A DNA stretch of 64,000 bases from Bacillota bacterium (GTDB taxonomy: Bacteria; Bacillota; Bacilli; Calditerricolales; Calditerricolaceae): positions 839-64,838 of the forward strand of contig PKQU02000001.1 of the NCBI GenBank assembly GCA_017577925.2, given 5' to 3'. The notes beneath the pieces are model-generated. The model was not told where the DNA came from. It was given only the letters and a program-made list of their open reading frames with translations, and did no database searches. Position 1 is the first letter of the stretch, and every line of letters begins with the position of its first letter. A program made the position numbers and the translations under genes. Shown here piece by piece: positions 8,422-17,364 of the stretch.

Positions 8422-9648
8422 ATGGACTGGCAGGCGCTCAAAGCGGACGTGATCGCGTACGCCAAATCCATCGGCATCGACAAGATCGGCTTCGCGACGG
8501 CGGATCCCTTTGTCGAACTGAAGGCGCGCCTGGTCGAGCATCGGCGCAAGGGGTATGAGTCGGGCTTCGAGGAGCCCGATCTCGACAAGCGCACCGACCC
8601 GTCGCGGTCACTGCCGGGTGCCCGCTCCCTCATCGCCGTGGCCATGGCCTACCCGTCGCGGATGGAAAATCCGCCGAAATCGGCGCCGGGGGCCTACCGG
8701 GGCATCCTGTGCCGGGCGGCGTGGGGGGAGGATTACCACGTCGTGCTGCGCGAGCGGCTCGACCGGTTGGCCGGCTACATTCGCGCTCGCGTCCCCGACG
8801 CACAGTGCGTGGCCATGGTAGATACCGGGCCCCTGGTCGACCGCGCCGTTGCCGAGCGGGCAGGCCTTGGCTGGGTGGGCAAGAATACGGCCCTCATCAC
8901 CCCGGAGTTCGGCTCGTGGGTGTACCTTGGCGAGTTGGTGACGAACCTGCCCTTCCCGCCTGATACGCCTGTCACCGAACAGTGCGGCGACTGCACTGCC
9001 TGTCTGGATGCCTGCCCGACCGGCGCGCTGGTGGGGCCCGGCCAGCTTAACAGCCAGGCATGCCTGGCGTATCTCACTCAGGTGAAGACGCCCATTTCCG
9101 AGGCCTTCCGCGACAAGCTGGGCAACCGCCTGTACGGCTGTGACACATGTCAGGTGGTATGCCCGCACAACCGCAAGAAACACGCCGACCACCATCCCGA
9201 ATTTCGCCCCGACCCGGAAGTGGCCAAACCGCTCTTGAAACCGCTTCTCTCCATGGGCAAGAAGGCGTTCCAGCAGCGCTTCGGTCGCAGTTCCGCGGCC
9301 TGGCGCGGGAAGAAGCCCATCCAGCGCAACGCCATTTTGGCCCTGGCCCATTTTCGCGATGCCTCAGCCATTCCCGAGCTGCTGGCCTTGGCGGAGCGGG
9401 ATGAGCGGCCAGTCATTCGTGGCGCGGCGGCATGGGCGTTGGGCAAGATCGGCGTGTCGGCCGGCGGGGCGACGCGGGATCGGTTGAAGGAAGCGCTGGC
9501 GGCGCTCGCAACGCGGGAGCGGGACGAGGAGGTGCGCCTCGAGCTGCGACGTGCCCTTGAGCGACTGGGGGGTGTCGACTCGGGGAGGGGGCGCGGCGCC
9601 ACCCGGGATGCCGCGGAAGATGGGGAACCGGGGGGAACCGCCCGGTGA
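8422..9648 (+). CDS. queG: tRNA epoxyqueuosine(34) reductase
   Basis: 408 aa. Two ferredoxin-type Cys clusters (CGDCTACLDACP, CDTCQVVCPHN). C-terminal HEAT-like repeat. N-terminus typical of QueG. Confidence 0.9.
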   Translation: MDWQALKADVIAYAKSIGIDKIGFATADPFVELKARLVEHRRKGYESGFEEPDLDKRTDPSRSLPGARSLIAVAMAYPSRMENPPKSAPGAYRGILCRAAWGEDYHVVLRERLDRLAGYIRARVPDAQCVAMVDTGPLVDRAVAERAGLGWVGKNTALITPEFGSWVYLGELVTNLPFPPDTPVTEQCGDCTACLDACPTGALVGPGQLNSQACLAYLTQVKTPISEAFRDKLGNRLYGCDTCQVVCPHNRKKHADHHPEFRPDPEVAKPLLKPLLSMGKKAFQQRFGRSSAAWRGKKPIQRNAILALAHFRDASAIPELLALAERDERPVIRGAAAWALGKIGVSAGGATRDRLKEALAALATRERDEEVRLELRRALERLGGVDSGRGRGATRDAAEDGEPGGTAR

Positions 9649-9674
9649 GAGGATCGAAAGGGGAGGAGAAACCG

Positions 9675-10208
9675 ATGAGCGTTCGGGTATCTGCGGTGCA
9701 GTGGGAAAGCCCGCTCGGTCCCCTTACCGTGCTGGCCACAGCCGAGGGGGTGTGCTGGGTCGACTTTGCCGATCTCGAAGCGGCAAAGGCGGCCTTTGTT
9801 CGCCATGCCAAACGGTGGATCGGCCAACCGGTGTGGACGGATGCGCCGTTTTATGCCGCGGCTATTGCTCAGTTGCGGGAATATTTTGATGGATTGAGGC
9901 GGACATTTGACGTACCCCTCGTCCTGTACGGGACCACCTTTCAGCAGCGGGTGTGGCGTGAGCTGATGCGCATTCCGTACGGCCATGTCGTATCCTATCG
10001 TGAGGTCGCCTGCCGCCTGGGTCACCCGCGGGCGGTGCGGGCGGTCGGCCAAGCGGTGGGCGCAAACCCGCTTACCATTTTCGTACCGTGCCACCGTGTG
10101 GTGGGGGCCGACGGGTCTCTGGTTGGCTATGCGTCGGGACTGGAGCGCAAGCAATGGCTCCTCGCGCGGGAAGGGGCATGGCCGCTTGACGTGGCGGCGC
10201 GGGCCTGA
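9675..10208 (+). CDS. ogt: Methylated-DNA--protein-cysteine methyltransferase
   Basis: Active-site VPCHRVV, and YREVA...G.P.A.RAVG..N helix. ATG after GGGGAGGAGA. Confidence 0.92.
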   Translation: MSVRVSAVQWESPLGPLTVLATAEGVCWVDFADLEAAKAAFVRHAKRWIGQPVWTDAPFYAAAIAQLREYFDGLRRTFDVPLVLYGTTFQQRVWRELMRIPYGHVVSYREVACRLGHPRAVRAVGQAVGANPLTIFVPCHRVVGADGSLVGYASGLERKQWLLAREGAWPLDVAARA

Positions 10209-10364
10209 GGAGGGACGCGCTGTCCGGTGTGGCCCTTGCCTGCCGCGTGATTTCCCTCCGGATGGGATCAAGGGTCTTCCGAAGGTGTATGGACGTGGGA
10301 CGCGGTGCGAAAACTAGACGTTGGCACCGGTTGCCCCAACATCACCATGCGGAGGGATCAAGCC

Positions 10365-10799
10365 ATGGCGTTGTTGCCGTACGAACCGTTTCGGCAGATT
10401 GATGATTGGCGGCGTGGACTGGTTCGCTTGTTTGACGAAGGGTTTTGGCGGGAAATGTTTACCTCCGTTGGGCCGCGCGTCGACGTTTACGAGACGGCGG
10501 ACGCGGTGGTGGTCCAGTGTGAACTCCCTGGCCTGGCGCAGCAGGACGATGTCTCCATCACGGTGGACAACAACCAGCTGACCATCGCCGGAGTGATCCG
10601 GCGCCACACCGAAACGGCCGAGGACCGCAACCTGTACCGCCAAGAGCGGTTTTACGGCCGGTTCAGCCGTACCCTCCCCTTGCCCGCGCCGGTGCAGGAG
10701 GAAAATATCCGCGCCACGTACAAGAACGGCATTTTGGAGATTCGCCTGCCCAAAGCCAAAACCGACCGCGGCCGGCGCATCCCGATTGAGTTCCAATAA
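10365..10799 (+). CDS. Hsp20/alpha-crystallin family small heat-shock protein
   Basis: VDVYETADAVVVQCELPGL...ERFYGRFSRTLPLP...ATYKNGILEIRLPK is an alpha-crystallin domain. ATG 8 nt after GGAGGG. Confidence 0.9.
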   Translation: MALLPYEPFRQIDDWRRGLVRLFDEGFWREMFTSVGPRVDVYETADAVVVQCELPGLAQQDDVSITVDNNQLTIAGVIRRHTETAEDRNLYRQERFYGRFSRTLPLPAPVQEENIRATYKNGILEIRLPKAKTDRGRRIPIEFQ

Positions 10800-10938
10800 C
10801 CGGTTGCGTCCGGCTTTCGAGAAACGCCCGCAGCGAACCGGGCGCTTCCGCTGCCACACGGTTCCGGCGCCTCTCCCCTCTGCATAGGCTGATCCCGAGG
10901 GTCGCTGAACAGAGCGCTTGGGAAAAGGGAGGGCCGTT

Positions 10939-11922
10939 ATGAGGCGGTGGGCAGAGGCGTGGAATGCCTATGTGCAGGCGCGCGCGGCGGCGTGGCAGAC
11001 GGGTTCGGGCGCCGCGCTTGAGCCGCTGTACGCGGATCCGATCGTGTGGCGGCGCGAGCAGGCGCGATGGGAGCGGATCGCCGCCCAGCGACGGGAGCGG
11101 GATTTGGCGCCGGTTGCCGGTGGGGAATGGCCGGTACAGGTGCGCGTGCACCCTGGAGCCGGGCAAACGGTGGCGGTGACGGCGCGCCTGCTTCGCCGGC
11201 TGGTGTGGCGGGCTGGGCGAGAGGAATGGGTCGAGGAGGGTGTGGAGGAACGAGCGGTACGCCTGGCCCGCCTGGGCAGGCGGTGGGTTGTGGTTCGCGA
11301 TGAGGCGGTGGACATCGAGGGACGCGGAAGGCCTACGATGCGGGCAGGAGCCCCTCCCGCGCCCGGTGCGGTGCATGCCGTGGACGACAGTGCCATGGCG
11401 GCACCTGTGGCGCTGGTGCGCCGTTCCGTGCCCACGTACGACCGCGCGGCGGCCGTGGCCTACGCCGAGCGGTGGTGGAACGGCTACAACCCGCGCTTTC
11501 GCCGTTTTGCCGACGATTGCACCAATTTCATCTCCCAGTGCCTTCTGGCCGGCGGCGCGCCGATGCACGACACGGGAAACCGCGCCACCGGCTGGTGGTA
11601 CCGCTGGACCGGCGCGCACCTGTGGAGTTACAGCTGGGCCGTGTCCCACAGCTTGCGCTGGTATTTGCCCATCGGCCACCGCGGCCTGCGCGGCATCGCC
11701 GTGGAGACGCCGCGGGAGCTTTTGCCCGGCGACGTCATCTGTTACGACTTCGAGGGCGACGGGCGCTGGAACCACACGACGATCGTCGTGGCCAAAGATA
11801 GGCAGGGGATGCCCCTCGTCAATGCCCACACGACGAACAGCCGCCGTCGCTACTGGGATTATCGCGATTCCTACGCCTGGACGCCCCAATGCCGATATGC
11901 CTTCTTTCGCATTTCCGTTTGA
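10939..11922 (+). CDS. Putative amidase-domain protein (NlpC/P60-like Cys amidase fold)
   Basis: C-terminal half YDRAAAVAYAERWWNGYNPRFRRFADDCTNFISQCLLAGG...GDVICYDFEGDGRWNHTTIV...NAHT matches the 'putative amidase domain' family. Confidence 0.75.
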   Translation: MRRWAEAWNAYVQARAAAWQTGSGAALEPLYADPIVWRREQARWERIAAQRRERDLAPVAGGEWPVQVRVHPGAGQTVAVTARLLRRLVWRAGREEWVEEGVEERAVRLARLGRRWVVVRDEAVDIEGRGRPTMRAGAPPAPGAVHAVDDSAMAAPVALVRRSVPTYDRAAAVAYAERWWNGYNPRFRRFADDCTNFISQCLLAGGAPMHDTGNRATGWWYRWTGAHLWSYSWAVSHSLRWYLPIGHRGLRGIAVETPRELLPGDVICYDFEGDGRWNHTTIVVAKDRQGMPLVNAHTTNSRRRYWDYRDSYAWTPQCRYAFFRISV

Positions 11923-11944
11923 CCCGTTGGGGTGACAACGGCGC

Positions 11945-11988
11945 GAGCCCCCGGAGCGGTCCATGCCGGCAGCCGGGGGCTCTTTTCG
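11945..11988 (+). terminator. Intrinsic terminator
   Basis: 10-bp stem GAGCCCCCGG/CCGGGGGCTC followed by TTTT. A second weaker hairpin plus T-run follows at about 11991-12030. Confidence 0.65.
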
Positions 11989-12033
11989 TGCCGGCGAGGG
12001 TTTCCCGCCTCACCGGCGATTTTTGGTTTCGTT

Positions 12034-12693
12034 CTAGGTGCCGAGGGGGGGATCCACTTCCACGTTCACCTGCTGGGGAACCACAACGGTCATGCGCAAA
12101 AAGGAAGCGCGATGGACAATTCCCTGTTTTTCCGGAGGCCTTCGGATGGTGACGTACATCGTGTCGCCAACGGTTCGGACGGAGACGATTTCCTCTGCAC
12201 GCACGGGGGCGGTCGCTTCCTCCGGCAACGTCTGCGTGGTGCAGGTTCCGAAGAGGTGCAGCTCGTTCGTTTTGCCTTTTTCCAGGCGGATGGCATTGTG
12301 TTCGGGATTGAGCAGGACGATCCGGGAAACGCCAGCGGGAATGTCTTTCTGTAAGGGTGTGACGTCTCGGCTGACCTCCACCAGGGTGACGGCTTGCCGG
12401 ATTTCCTCCAACAATCCCGTGGAGGCGAAAAGCAGCAGGATCGTGCCCGCGAAACCGATGATCCCCACCAGGAACAAGCTGAAGAGATCGTAGCGGATCA
12501 CGGGCTGCCCGTGTTTGGAAAGAAACAGATACCCCAGGATCTCCAGCCCGAGCAAGACGAAGATGAGGGGCCACCAGAGTTGGAAGACCCGCACGATATC
12601 CTTTTCCGCAACCTGCGCAAACAGGATGAGGATGCCCACGGCCACGAACGAAAGGCCCAGGGAAAGGGTGCCGACGCGCCATCGTTCCCTCAT
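12034..12693 (-). CDS. Membrane protein: three N-terminal TM segments plus about 110-aa C-terminal domain (LiaF-like architecture, inferred)
   Basis: 219 aa. Hydrophobic segments LSLGLSFVAVGILILFA, LWWPLIFVLLGLEILGYLF and LFLVGIIGFAGTILLLFA. Start overlaps the stop of the upstream gene (ATGA). Confidence 0.7.
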   Translation of the reverse strand: MRERWRVGTLSLGLSFVAVGILILFAQVAEKDIVRVFQLWWPLIFVLLGLEILGYLFLSKHGQPVIRYDLFSLFLVGIIGFAGTILLLFASTGLLEEIRQAVTLVEVSRDVTPLQKDIPAGVSRIVLLNPEHNAIRLEKGKTNELHLFGTCTTQTLPEEATAPVRAEEIVSVRTVGDTMYVTIRRPPEKQGIVHRASFLRMTVVVPQQVNVEVDPPLGT

Positions 12694-13754
12694 GATGGTT
12701 CCCCCTTTTTCTGGCGAGATCCAATGAGCAACCGGATGCCGCCTCCGATCAGGAGCAAGGCGACGACCGTGATTTGGAAATGGTGTTCAAACCAATACGT
12801 CAGGTGAAGATCGGGATACCACTGCTCCAGAACAGGCAAGGCCACGCGATCAAACAGGTAAAACAGGCCGAGGGCCAGCAGGGTGATGCCGACCCATTTC
12901 TGATGGTGGGCCAGAACGTTCACGACCGGTACATCGTCCAGCACTTGCCGGCGGTATTTGCTGATTTGCTGCAGTGCGTCGAAAAAGCTGAAGAACCAAA
13001 GCAAGGGAATGAGGAACAGAAAGAGCGAGATCCGCAACGTGTCCAACAGGTAGAGGGAGCCCAAAAACGCCGCCATCAGCTGCAATCCGCGCCGCTGCTG
13101 CCCCAGGTACATGTGTCCGGCACCGGGAAACACGGCCAATAACGTGGCCACCATCCCACTTTTCCGTCCCTCTTCGCGAAACGCTTCGAGTTCCTCGAAA
13201 ATGCTTTTGTCCGCCAGTGCCTCCCCGCGGCTTTTTTGGTCCAACAGCCGGACAGCGTCAAACAATCCGAACAGCCAGATCACCGTAAGCAAACACAGAA
13301 GCGCAAGAAAAACCGGATTTTTCGTCACGAGGACGAGGAAAACCACCATGGTGATCAGCCCGAAAAAACTGCCGAGCAAGGTCAGGCCGCGGTTCATCAG
13401 TCCCATCTGAAGATGGCCGAGACCGGGTATCAACGACAGGAGAAGGACGGTGCTCCGCTCTTCCGCGTCGAAAGAGCCAGGCCCTTGCTGTGCGTGTCCG
13501 TGCGCCGACGGCAGGCGGGTGAGGAGCGTGATGATCATGTCCAGCAGGTTGACGGCATACAGGACGAAAGCGGCGAGAACCCCCAGGAAGAAGAATTGGC
13601 CCATGTTGGTGGCCACGGCCAGCAAAAGGCCCGCTCCCAGCACCCCGAAAAACCCGATCCCATACAGCACGGCCCGTGCCTTCCGGTTCAGATACGCGTG
13701 GCCCACGCCGGGGATAAAGGCGAGCAAAAAGGCGATGAGACCGTTTTTCTTCAA
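12690..13754 (-). CDS. Polytopic membrane protein with three tandem TM2-like modules
   Basis: 354 aa. Motif P-G-x-G-H-x-(Y/Q)-x-G/N...R-(G/A) recurs at about aa 15, 110 and 210 (IPGVGHAYLNRKARA, IPGLGHLQMGLMNRGL, FPGAGHMYLGQQRRGL). Each copy is followed by hydrophobic hairpins ending in (L/F)D(M/A). Confidence 0.75.
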   Translation of the reverse strand: MKKNGLIAFLLAFIPGVGHAYLNRKARAVLYGIGFFGVLGAGLLLAVATNMGQFFFLGVLAAFVLYAVNLLDMIITLLTRLPSAHGHAQQGPGSFDAEERSTVLLLSLIPGLGHLQMGLMNRGLTLLGSFFGLITMVVFLVLVTKNPVFLALLCLLTVIWLFGLFDAVRLLDQKSRGEALADKSIFEELEAFREEGRKSGMVATLLAVFPGAGHMYLGQQRRGLQLMAAFLGSLYLLDTLRISLFLFLIPLLWFFSFFDALQQISKYRRQVLDDVPVVNVLAHHQKWVGITLLALGLFYLFDRVALPVLEQWYPDLHLTYWFEHHFQITVVALLLIGGGIRLLIGSRQKKGEPS

Positions 13755-13787
13755 ATCCGGTAACCTCCCTTTCCGTTCGTTGCGCCG

Positions 13788-14219
13788 TTAGTTCACGTCC
13801 TGCACGCGGGAGAATGTCTCGAGCAGCGAGACGATTTTCGCCATCAGGGTGTCGGTCAGGGAAACCCCCGTTTCCGTCGCCGTCCATTGGGCTAACTGGG
13901 CCGAACCGTCCAACAGGTCCTGAAACACGCCGGAAGCGAGCAAAAGGAGCGTGAGGGAAGCCGCAACGGTATACCGGATGAGAACGTGGTCCCAAAACCG
14001 CGATCGGCTCGGCGCAATCCGCTGCATCACGCGTTGTGTCAGTTGGTGGGGTGCAGGCAATCCGGGAAGTTCCGCTTCCCATTCTTCTACGCTGCGGATG
14101 AACTGCTCCAGACACTGTTCGCAACTATACAGGTGCCGTTCCATTTCGTCCCGCCTTGCGTCAGAAAGCTCGCCATGGACATATTCCCTCCATGCTGCAG
14201 CGGAGAAGTGCGTTACCAA
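13788..14219 (-). CDS. Anti-sigma factor, zinc-finger (ZAS, H-x3-C-x2-C) type with one TM segment
   Basis: HLYSCEQCLEQF motif. TM segment LIRYTVAASLTLLLLASGVF. TTG start 7 nt after AGGAGG, overlapping the sigma-factor stop (translational coupling). The track's GTG at 14252 is the alternative. Confidence 0.75.
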   Translation of the reverse strand: MVTHFSAAAWREYVHGELSDARRDEMERHLYSCEQCLEQFIRSVEEWEAELPGLPAPHQLTQRVMQRIAPSRSRFWDHVLIRYTVAASLTLLLLASGVFQDLLDGSAQLAQWTATETGVSLTDTLMAKIVSLLETFSRVQDVN

Positions 14220-14791
14220 AACTCTTCCTCCTTCCAATGCCGGCGTATCCACTGTTTCGCCCTGTACAAACGGGCTTCCACGCTCTTGACGGCCAGTCCC
14301 GTCTCCTCGGCGATTTCCTTGTAGGATTTCTCCTGGAAGTAGTACGCCTTGATCACATCCCGGTACGCCGCGGGGAGTTCCTCGACCCGTTTGCGGACCA
14401 GAGAGGCCTGTTCCCGCGTGGCCACGTTTTCCCCCACGGCATCCCGGACGGGCTCTCTCCCTTCCCCGAAACCGTCACGACCTTCCGCCGCGAGCTGCTC
14501 TTCCTTCCCTCGTGATCGTTTTCGCTTGTAATCCAGCGCTTTGTTTACGGCGATGCGAGCCATCCATGTTTTCAGCCCCCTGCCCTCGTAACGGGAAAGG
14601 GAGAGGAAAATTTGGACAAACGCTTCCTGCAGCACATCTTCCGCATCCTCGGGATGGCGGAGGATGGCATACACGAGTCGGTACAGTTCATCTCGGTACC
14701 GGTTGATCAACAGGGCGTACTTCTCCCGGTCGCCGTTGAGGATTGCTTGGATGAGCCGGTCCTCGCAAATGTTCTCCTCCCCCCTCTCCAC
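14213..14791 (-). CDS. RNA polymerase sigma factor, ECF (sigma-70 group 4) family
   Basis: Region 2 (YRLVYAILRHPEDAEDVLQEAFVQIF) and region 4 (YYFQEKSYKEIAEETGLAVKSVEARLYRAK). GTG start without a visible SD. Confidence 0.88.
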   Translation of the reverse strand: MERGEENICEDRLIQAILNGDREKYALLINRYRDELYRLVYAILRHPEDAEDVLQEAFVQIFLSLSRYEGRGLKTWMARIAVNKALDYKRKRSRGKEEQLAAEGRDGFGEGREPVRDAVGENVATREQASLVRKRVEELPAAYRDVIKAYYFQEKSYKEIAEETGLAVKSVEARLYRAKQWIRRHWKEEEFW

Positions 14792-15098
14792 TAACCATAG
14801 ACGATGGCGAATGCTGCCACCCCTGCACCGAGGCGGAAGGTTGACGCGAAATTTTTGGCCGTATCTGGGCGAAGGGATGGCTATTTATGGACGGGCTCGA
14901 ACCACAATGAGCAACGATATGGCTTGATCGAAAAAACGGTGAGCGTACGCGATGCAGCATTCCTTCGCCCCTCCGAACTGAGCATGGGGATGGGGCCGGG
15001 ATCCCCCCTCGTTGCCGATGCAACCGAGGGGGTTCTTTCTTGTGCACCGGTGGCCGGGACGCGCACGGGGGAGGGGAGCATTGCCCCCTGCGGTGCCG

Positions 15099-15107
15099 TG
15101 CTATAAT
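15099..15107 (+). promoter_or_regulatory. Extended -10 promoter element upstream of trmL
   Basis: TGcTATAAT lies about 48 nt upstream of the ATG. The -35 is weak (TTGCCC at 15-nt spacing). Confidence 0.35.
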
Positions 15108-15155
15108 GAGCAGAGGGACGTGCAACGACACTTGCATCCGGTGGAGCGAAGGACC

Positions 15156-15620
15156 ATGCCGTTTCACATCGTGCTTGTCGAACCGGAAATCCCGTACAAC
15201 ACCGGCAACATTGCGCGCACCTGTGCGGTGACCGGTGCCACGCTGCACCTCGTTAAGCCGCTCGGGTTCTCTCTCGACGACCGGTACCTCCGACGTGCGG
15301 GGCTGGATTACTGGTCGGAGGTGGACGTGCACGTGCACGAATCGTTTGCCGCCCTGCAGGCCCAGTACCCGGGCGGGCGTTATTTCTTTGCCACCACCCG
15401 CGCGCGTTGCTGGTACACCGATGTCCGGTACCAACCGGGCGATTTTCTTGTCTTCGGGAAGGAGACGGCTGGTTTGCCGCAGGAGCTGCTGGACGCGAAT
15501 CCCGAGTGGTGCATCCGCATTCCGATGCGTCCCTCCTTGCGTTCTCTCAACCTGTCCAATGCGGCGGCCATCGTCTTGTATGAGGCCCTGCGACAAACGG
15601 GGTTTTCCGGGCTGGTGTGA
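15156..15620 (+). CDS. trmL: tRNA (cytidine(34)-2'-O)-methyltransferase, SpoU/TrmH family
   Basis: MPFHIVLVEPEIPYNTGNIARTC...LVFGKETAGLP...IPM...RSLNLSNAAAIVLYEAL. Confidence 0.9.
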   Translation: MPFHIVLVEPEIPYNTGNIARTCAVTGATLHLVKPLGFSLDDRYLRRAGLDYWSEVDVHVHESFAALQAQYPGGRYFFATTRARCWYTDVRYQPGDFLVFGKETAGLPQELLDANPEWCIRIPMRPSLRSLNLSNAAAIVLYEALRQTGFSGLV

Positions 15621-15701
15621 CGCATGGCACCTTACCGATGCGGGCGCGTCGGGTTGGGGCGGTGAACCGCACACCGATCGGGGCGAAAGGAGGAAACGGT
15701 T

Positions 15702-16544
15702 ATGGCACAGACGATCCCGCAGGTCCGATTTGCCATTATCGGGGGTTCGAGCACCTTTTCCATCCGCTTTCCGGAGGATCTGGGACGGGCGGATGTGGAG
15801 GTGCTGGCGGACAATCTGGTGTTTGACACGCCCTACGGGGAAAGTCCGCCGTTCAAACACGTCCGCTACCGGGATAAGGAGTTTCTGACGTGCAAGATGC
15901 ACGGCTGGCGCCCGCCCCACGTGACACGCGCCGCCGCGTCCCAGCAGGTGTTTTGGGTCTTCCAGCAGGCGGGGGTGAAAAAGATCTTCGCCGAAGGCGG
16001 CGTCGGCTCGATCAACCATCTGCTGGAGCTGCGCGATTTGGTCATCCCTCACGACTACATCGACCAGTCCATGCGCAAGGACGTGGGCTTGGGCGGGCCC
16101 TACTTGCTCATCATGCGCCAGCCCATTTGCCCGACGCAGGCCGATGCCCTGTACGAGGCGGCCAAGGCGCGGGTGGCCCCGCTCGGCCGGCACGTGTTCA
16201 AGCGGGGCGTCTACGTCAACACCGACGGGCGCCATTTTGAAAGCCCCGCCGAGATTCAGGCCTTCCGCATGTGGGGGGCGGACATCGTCGGGCAAAGCAT
16301 CTGCCCGGAAGTGTACCTGGCGCGGGAGATCGGGGCGTGCTATGCGGGGCTGTACATGGTGGTCAATTACGCCGAGGGGATCATCAAGGACTGGGAACAC
16401 CGCGACCTAGCCGACATCTTCTACAACGAGGCCCACACCATCGGGCATATTCTGCTGGATGCCCTCGAGCGCATTGACGCCGAGCAGACGGGCTGTTCCT
16501 GTCCCGATCTGCGCAAGCCTACGTTGTTGGCGGAGGCCAAGTGA
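15702..16544 (+). CDS. MTAP-family purine nucleoside / methylthioadenosine phosphorylase
   Basis: 280 aa. FAIIGGSS..., GPHFESPAE-like (DGRHFESPAEIQAFRMWGADIVGQS), and PEVYLAREIGACYAGLYMVVNYAEG. Confidence 0.8.
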   Translation: MAQTIPQVRFAIIGGSSTFSIRFPEDLGRADVEVLADNLVFDTPYGESPPFKHVRYRDKEFLTCKMHGWRPPHVTRAAASQQVFWVFQQAGVKKIFAEGGVGSINHLLELRDLVIPHDYIDQSMRKDVGLGGPYLLIMRQPICPTQADALYEAAKARVAPLGRHVFKRGVYVNTDGRHFESPAEIQAFRMWGADIVGQSICPEVYLAREIGACYAGLYMVVNYAEGIIKDWEHRDLADIFYNEAHTIGHILLDALERIDAEQTGCSCPDLRKPTLLAEAK

Positions 16545-16554
16545 AGCGCCCAAC

Positions 16555-16600
16555 AAAAAAGCCTTGAACGGCTTGTCCGTTCAAGGCTTTCGTTTCTTTT
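16555..16600. terminator. Bidirectional intrinsic terminator (MTAP gene on +, dedA-peptide operon on -)
   Basis: 11-bp stem GCCTTGAACGG/CCGTTCAAGGC with 5-nt loop. Flanked by A6 upstream and TTTCGTTTCTTTT downstream. Confidence 0.8.
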
Positions 16601-16605
16601 GCGGG

Positions 16606-16698
16606 TTACAGCCCCCAGGTTTTGTCTTCGTTGTAGCCTGCCGTGAAAATGGCCCACAGGAAGAGCCCCAAGACGACGATCGGGATGAGCGTCTTCAT
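16606..16698 (-). CDS. Unannotated 30-aa hydrophobic peptide MKTLIPIVVLGLFLWAIFTAGYNEDKTWGL
   Basis: Below the ORF-track cutoff. ATG preceded by AAGGAGGA (spacing 7). Single TM-like segment. Lies between dedA and the terminator. Confidence 0.55.
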   Translation of the reverse strand: MKTLIPIVVLGLFLWAIFTAGYNEDKTWGL

Positions 16699-16770
16699 GC
16701 CGCTGTCCTCCTTTCCGCGTGAATGGCCCTGGCACCGTTTGTTCCGTTCCCATTATACCATCGGTCCGCC

Positions 16771-17364
16771 TCAGTCCGTACGCCGGAAGCGGAACACGGT
16801 CCAGACCAGCACTCCGACGGCCAAGAGGGCCGCGAGCACCCATGTCGTCGAGCGGTGAATCATCTCCAGCACCGCTTGCCAGTGATGGCCCAGCCAGCGT
16901 CCCAGCGTGACAAAAGTAAAGGCCCACAGAAAGGCTCCTGCATACGCGTAGAGGGCGAAGACACCGAACGGCAGGCGAGACAATCCGGCGGTGTACCCCA
17001 GTACCTGGCGGATACCGGGCAGGAAGTAGCCCAGGGGAAGCAGGAACTTGCCGAGCCGGTCAAACCAGCGTTCGGCATGGGCCAGCCGCTGCCGTGTCAG
17101 GCCGAGCTTGGCCCCAAAACGATCCAAGATGGCATATCCGGCGTAGCGGCCCAAGGTGTAGGTCAACGTCATGCCGGTGACGGTGCCCAAGAAGGCGGCA
17201 AAAACGGCCGGCCAATAGGCCAGATGGCCCTGGGAGACGAGAAATCCGGCAAAGGTGATCAGGGTTTCATCCGGCGCAGGCAGGGCAATCAGGCTGAGGG
17301 CGAGGACGAGAAACAGGGCAAGGTAACCGTAATGGCTGACCAATTCCAAGACGTTTTCCAGCAT
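16771..17364 (-). CDS. DedA-family membrane protein
   Basis: 197 aa. YGYLALFLVLALSLIALPAPDETLITFAGFL...GRYAG...LGYFLPGIRQVLGYTAG matches the SNARE-associated/DedA pattern. Confidence 0.88.
   Translation of the reverse strand: MLENVLELVSHYGYLALFLVLALSLIALPAPDETLITFAGFLVSQGHLAYWPAVFAAFLGTVTGMTLTYTLGRYAGYAILDRFGAKLGLTRQRLAHAERWFDRLGKFLLPLGYFLPGIRQVLGYTAGLSRLPFGVFALYAYAGAFLWAFTFVTLGRWLGHHWQAVLEMIHRSTTWVLAALLAVGVLVWTVFRFRRTD

Noticed and set aside
10321-10335. Sigma-54-like TTGGCACcggTTGCC upstream of hsp20.
   Set aside because: The GG-to-GC distance is 2 nt shorter than in the TGGCAC-N5-TTGC consensus. It is more likely a chance near-palindrome (GGCACCGGTTGCC).
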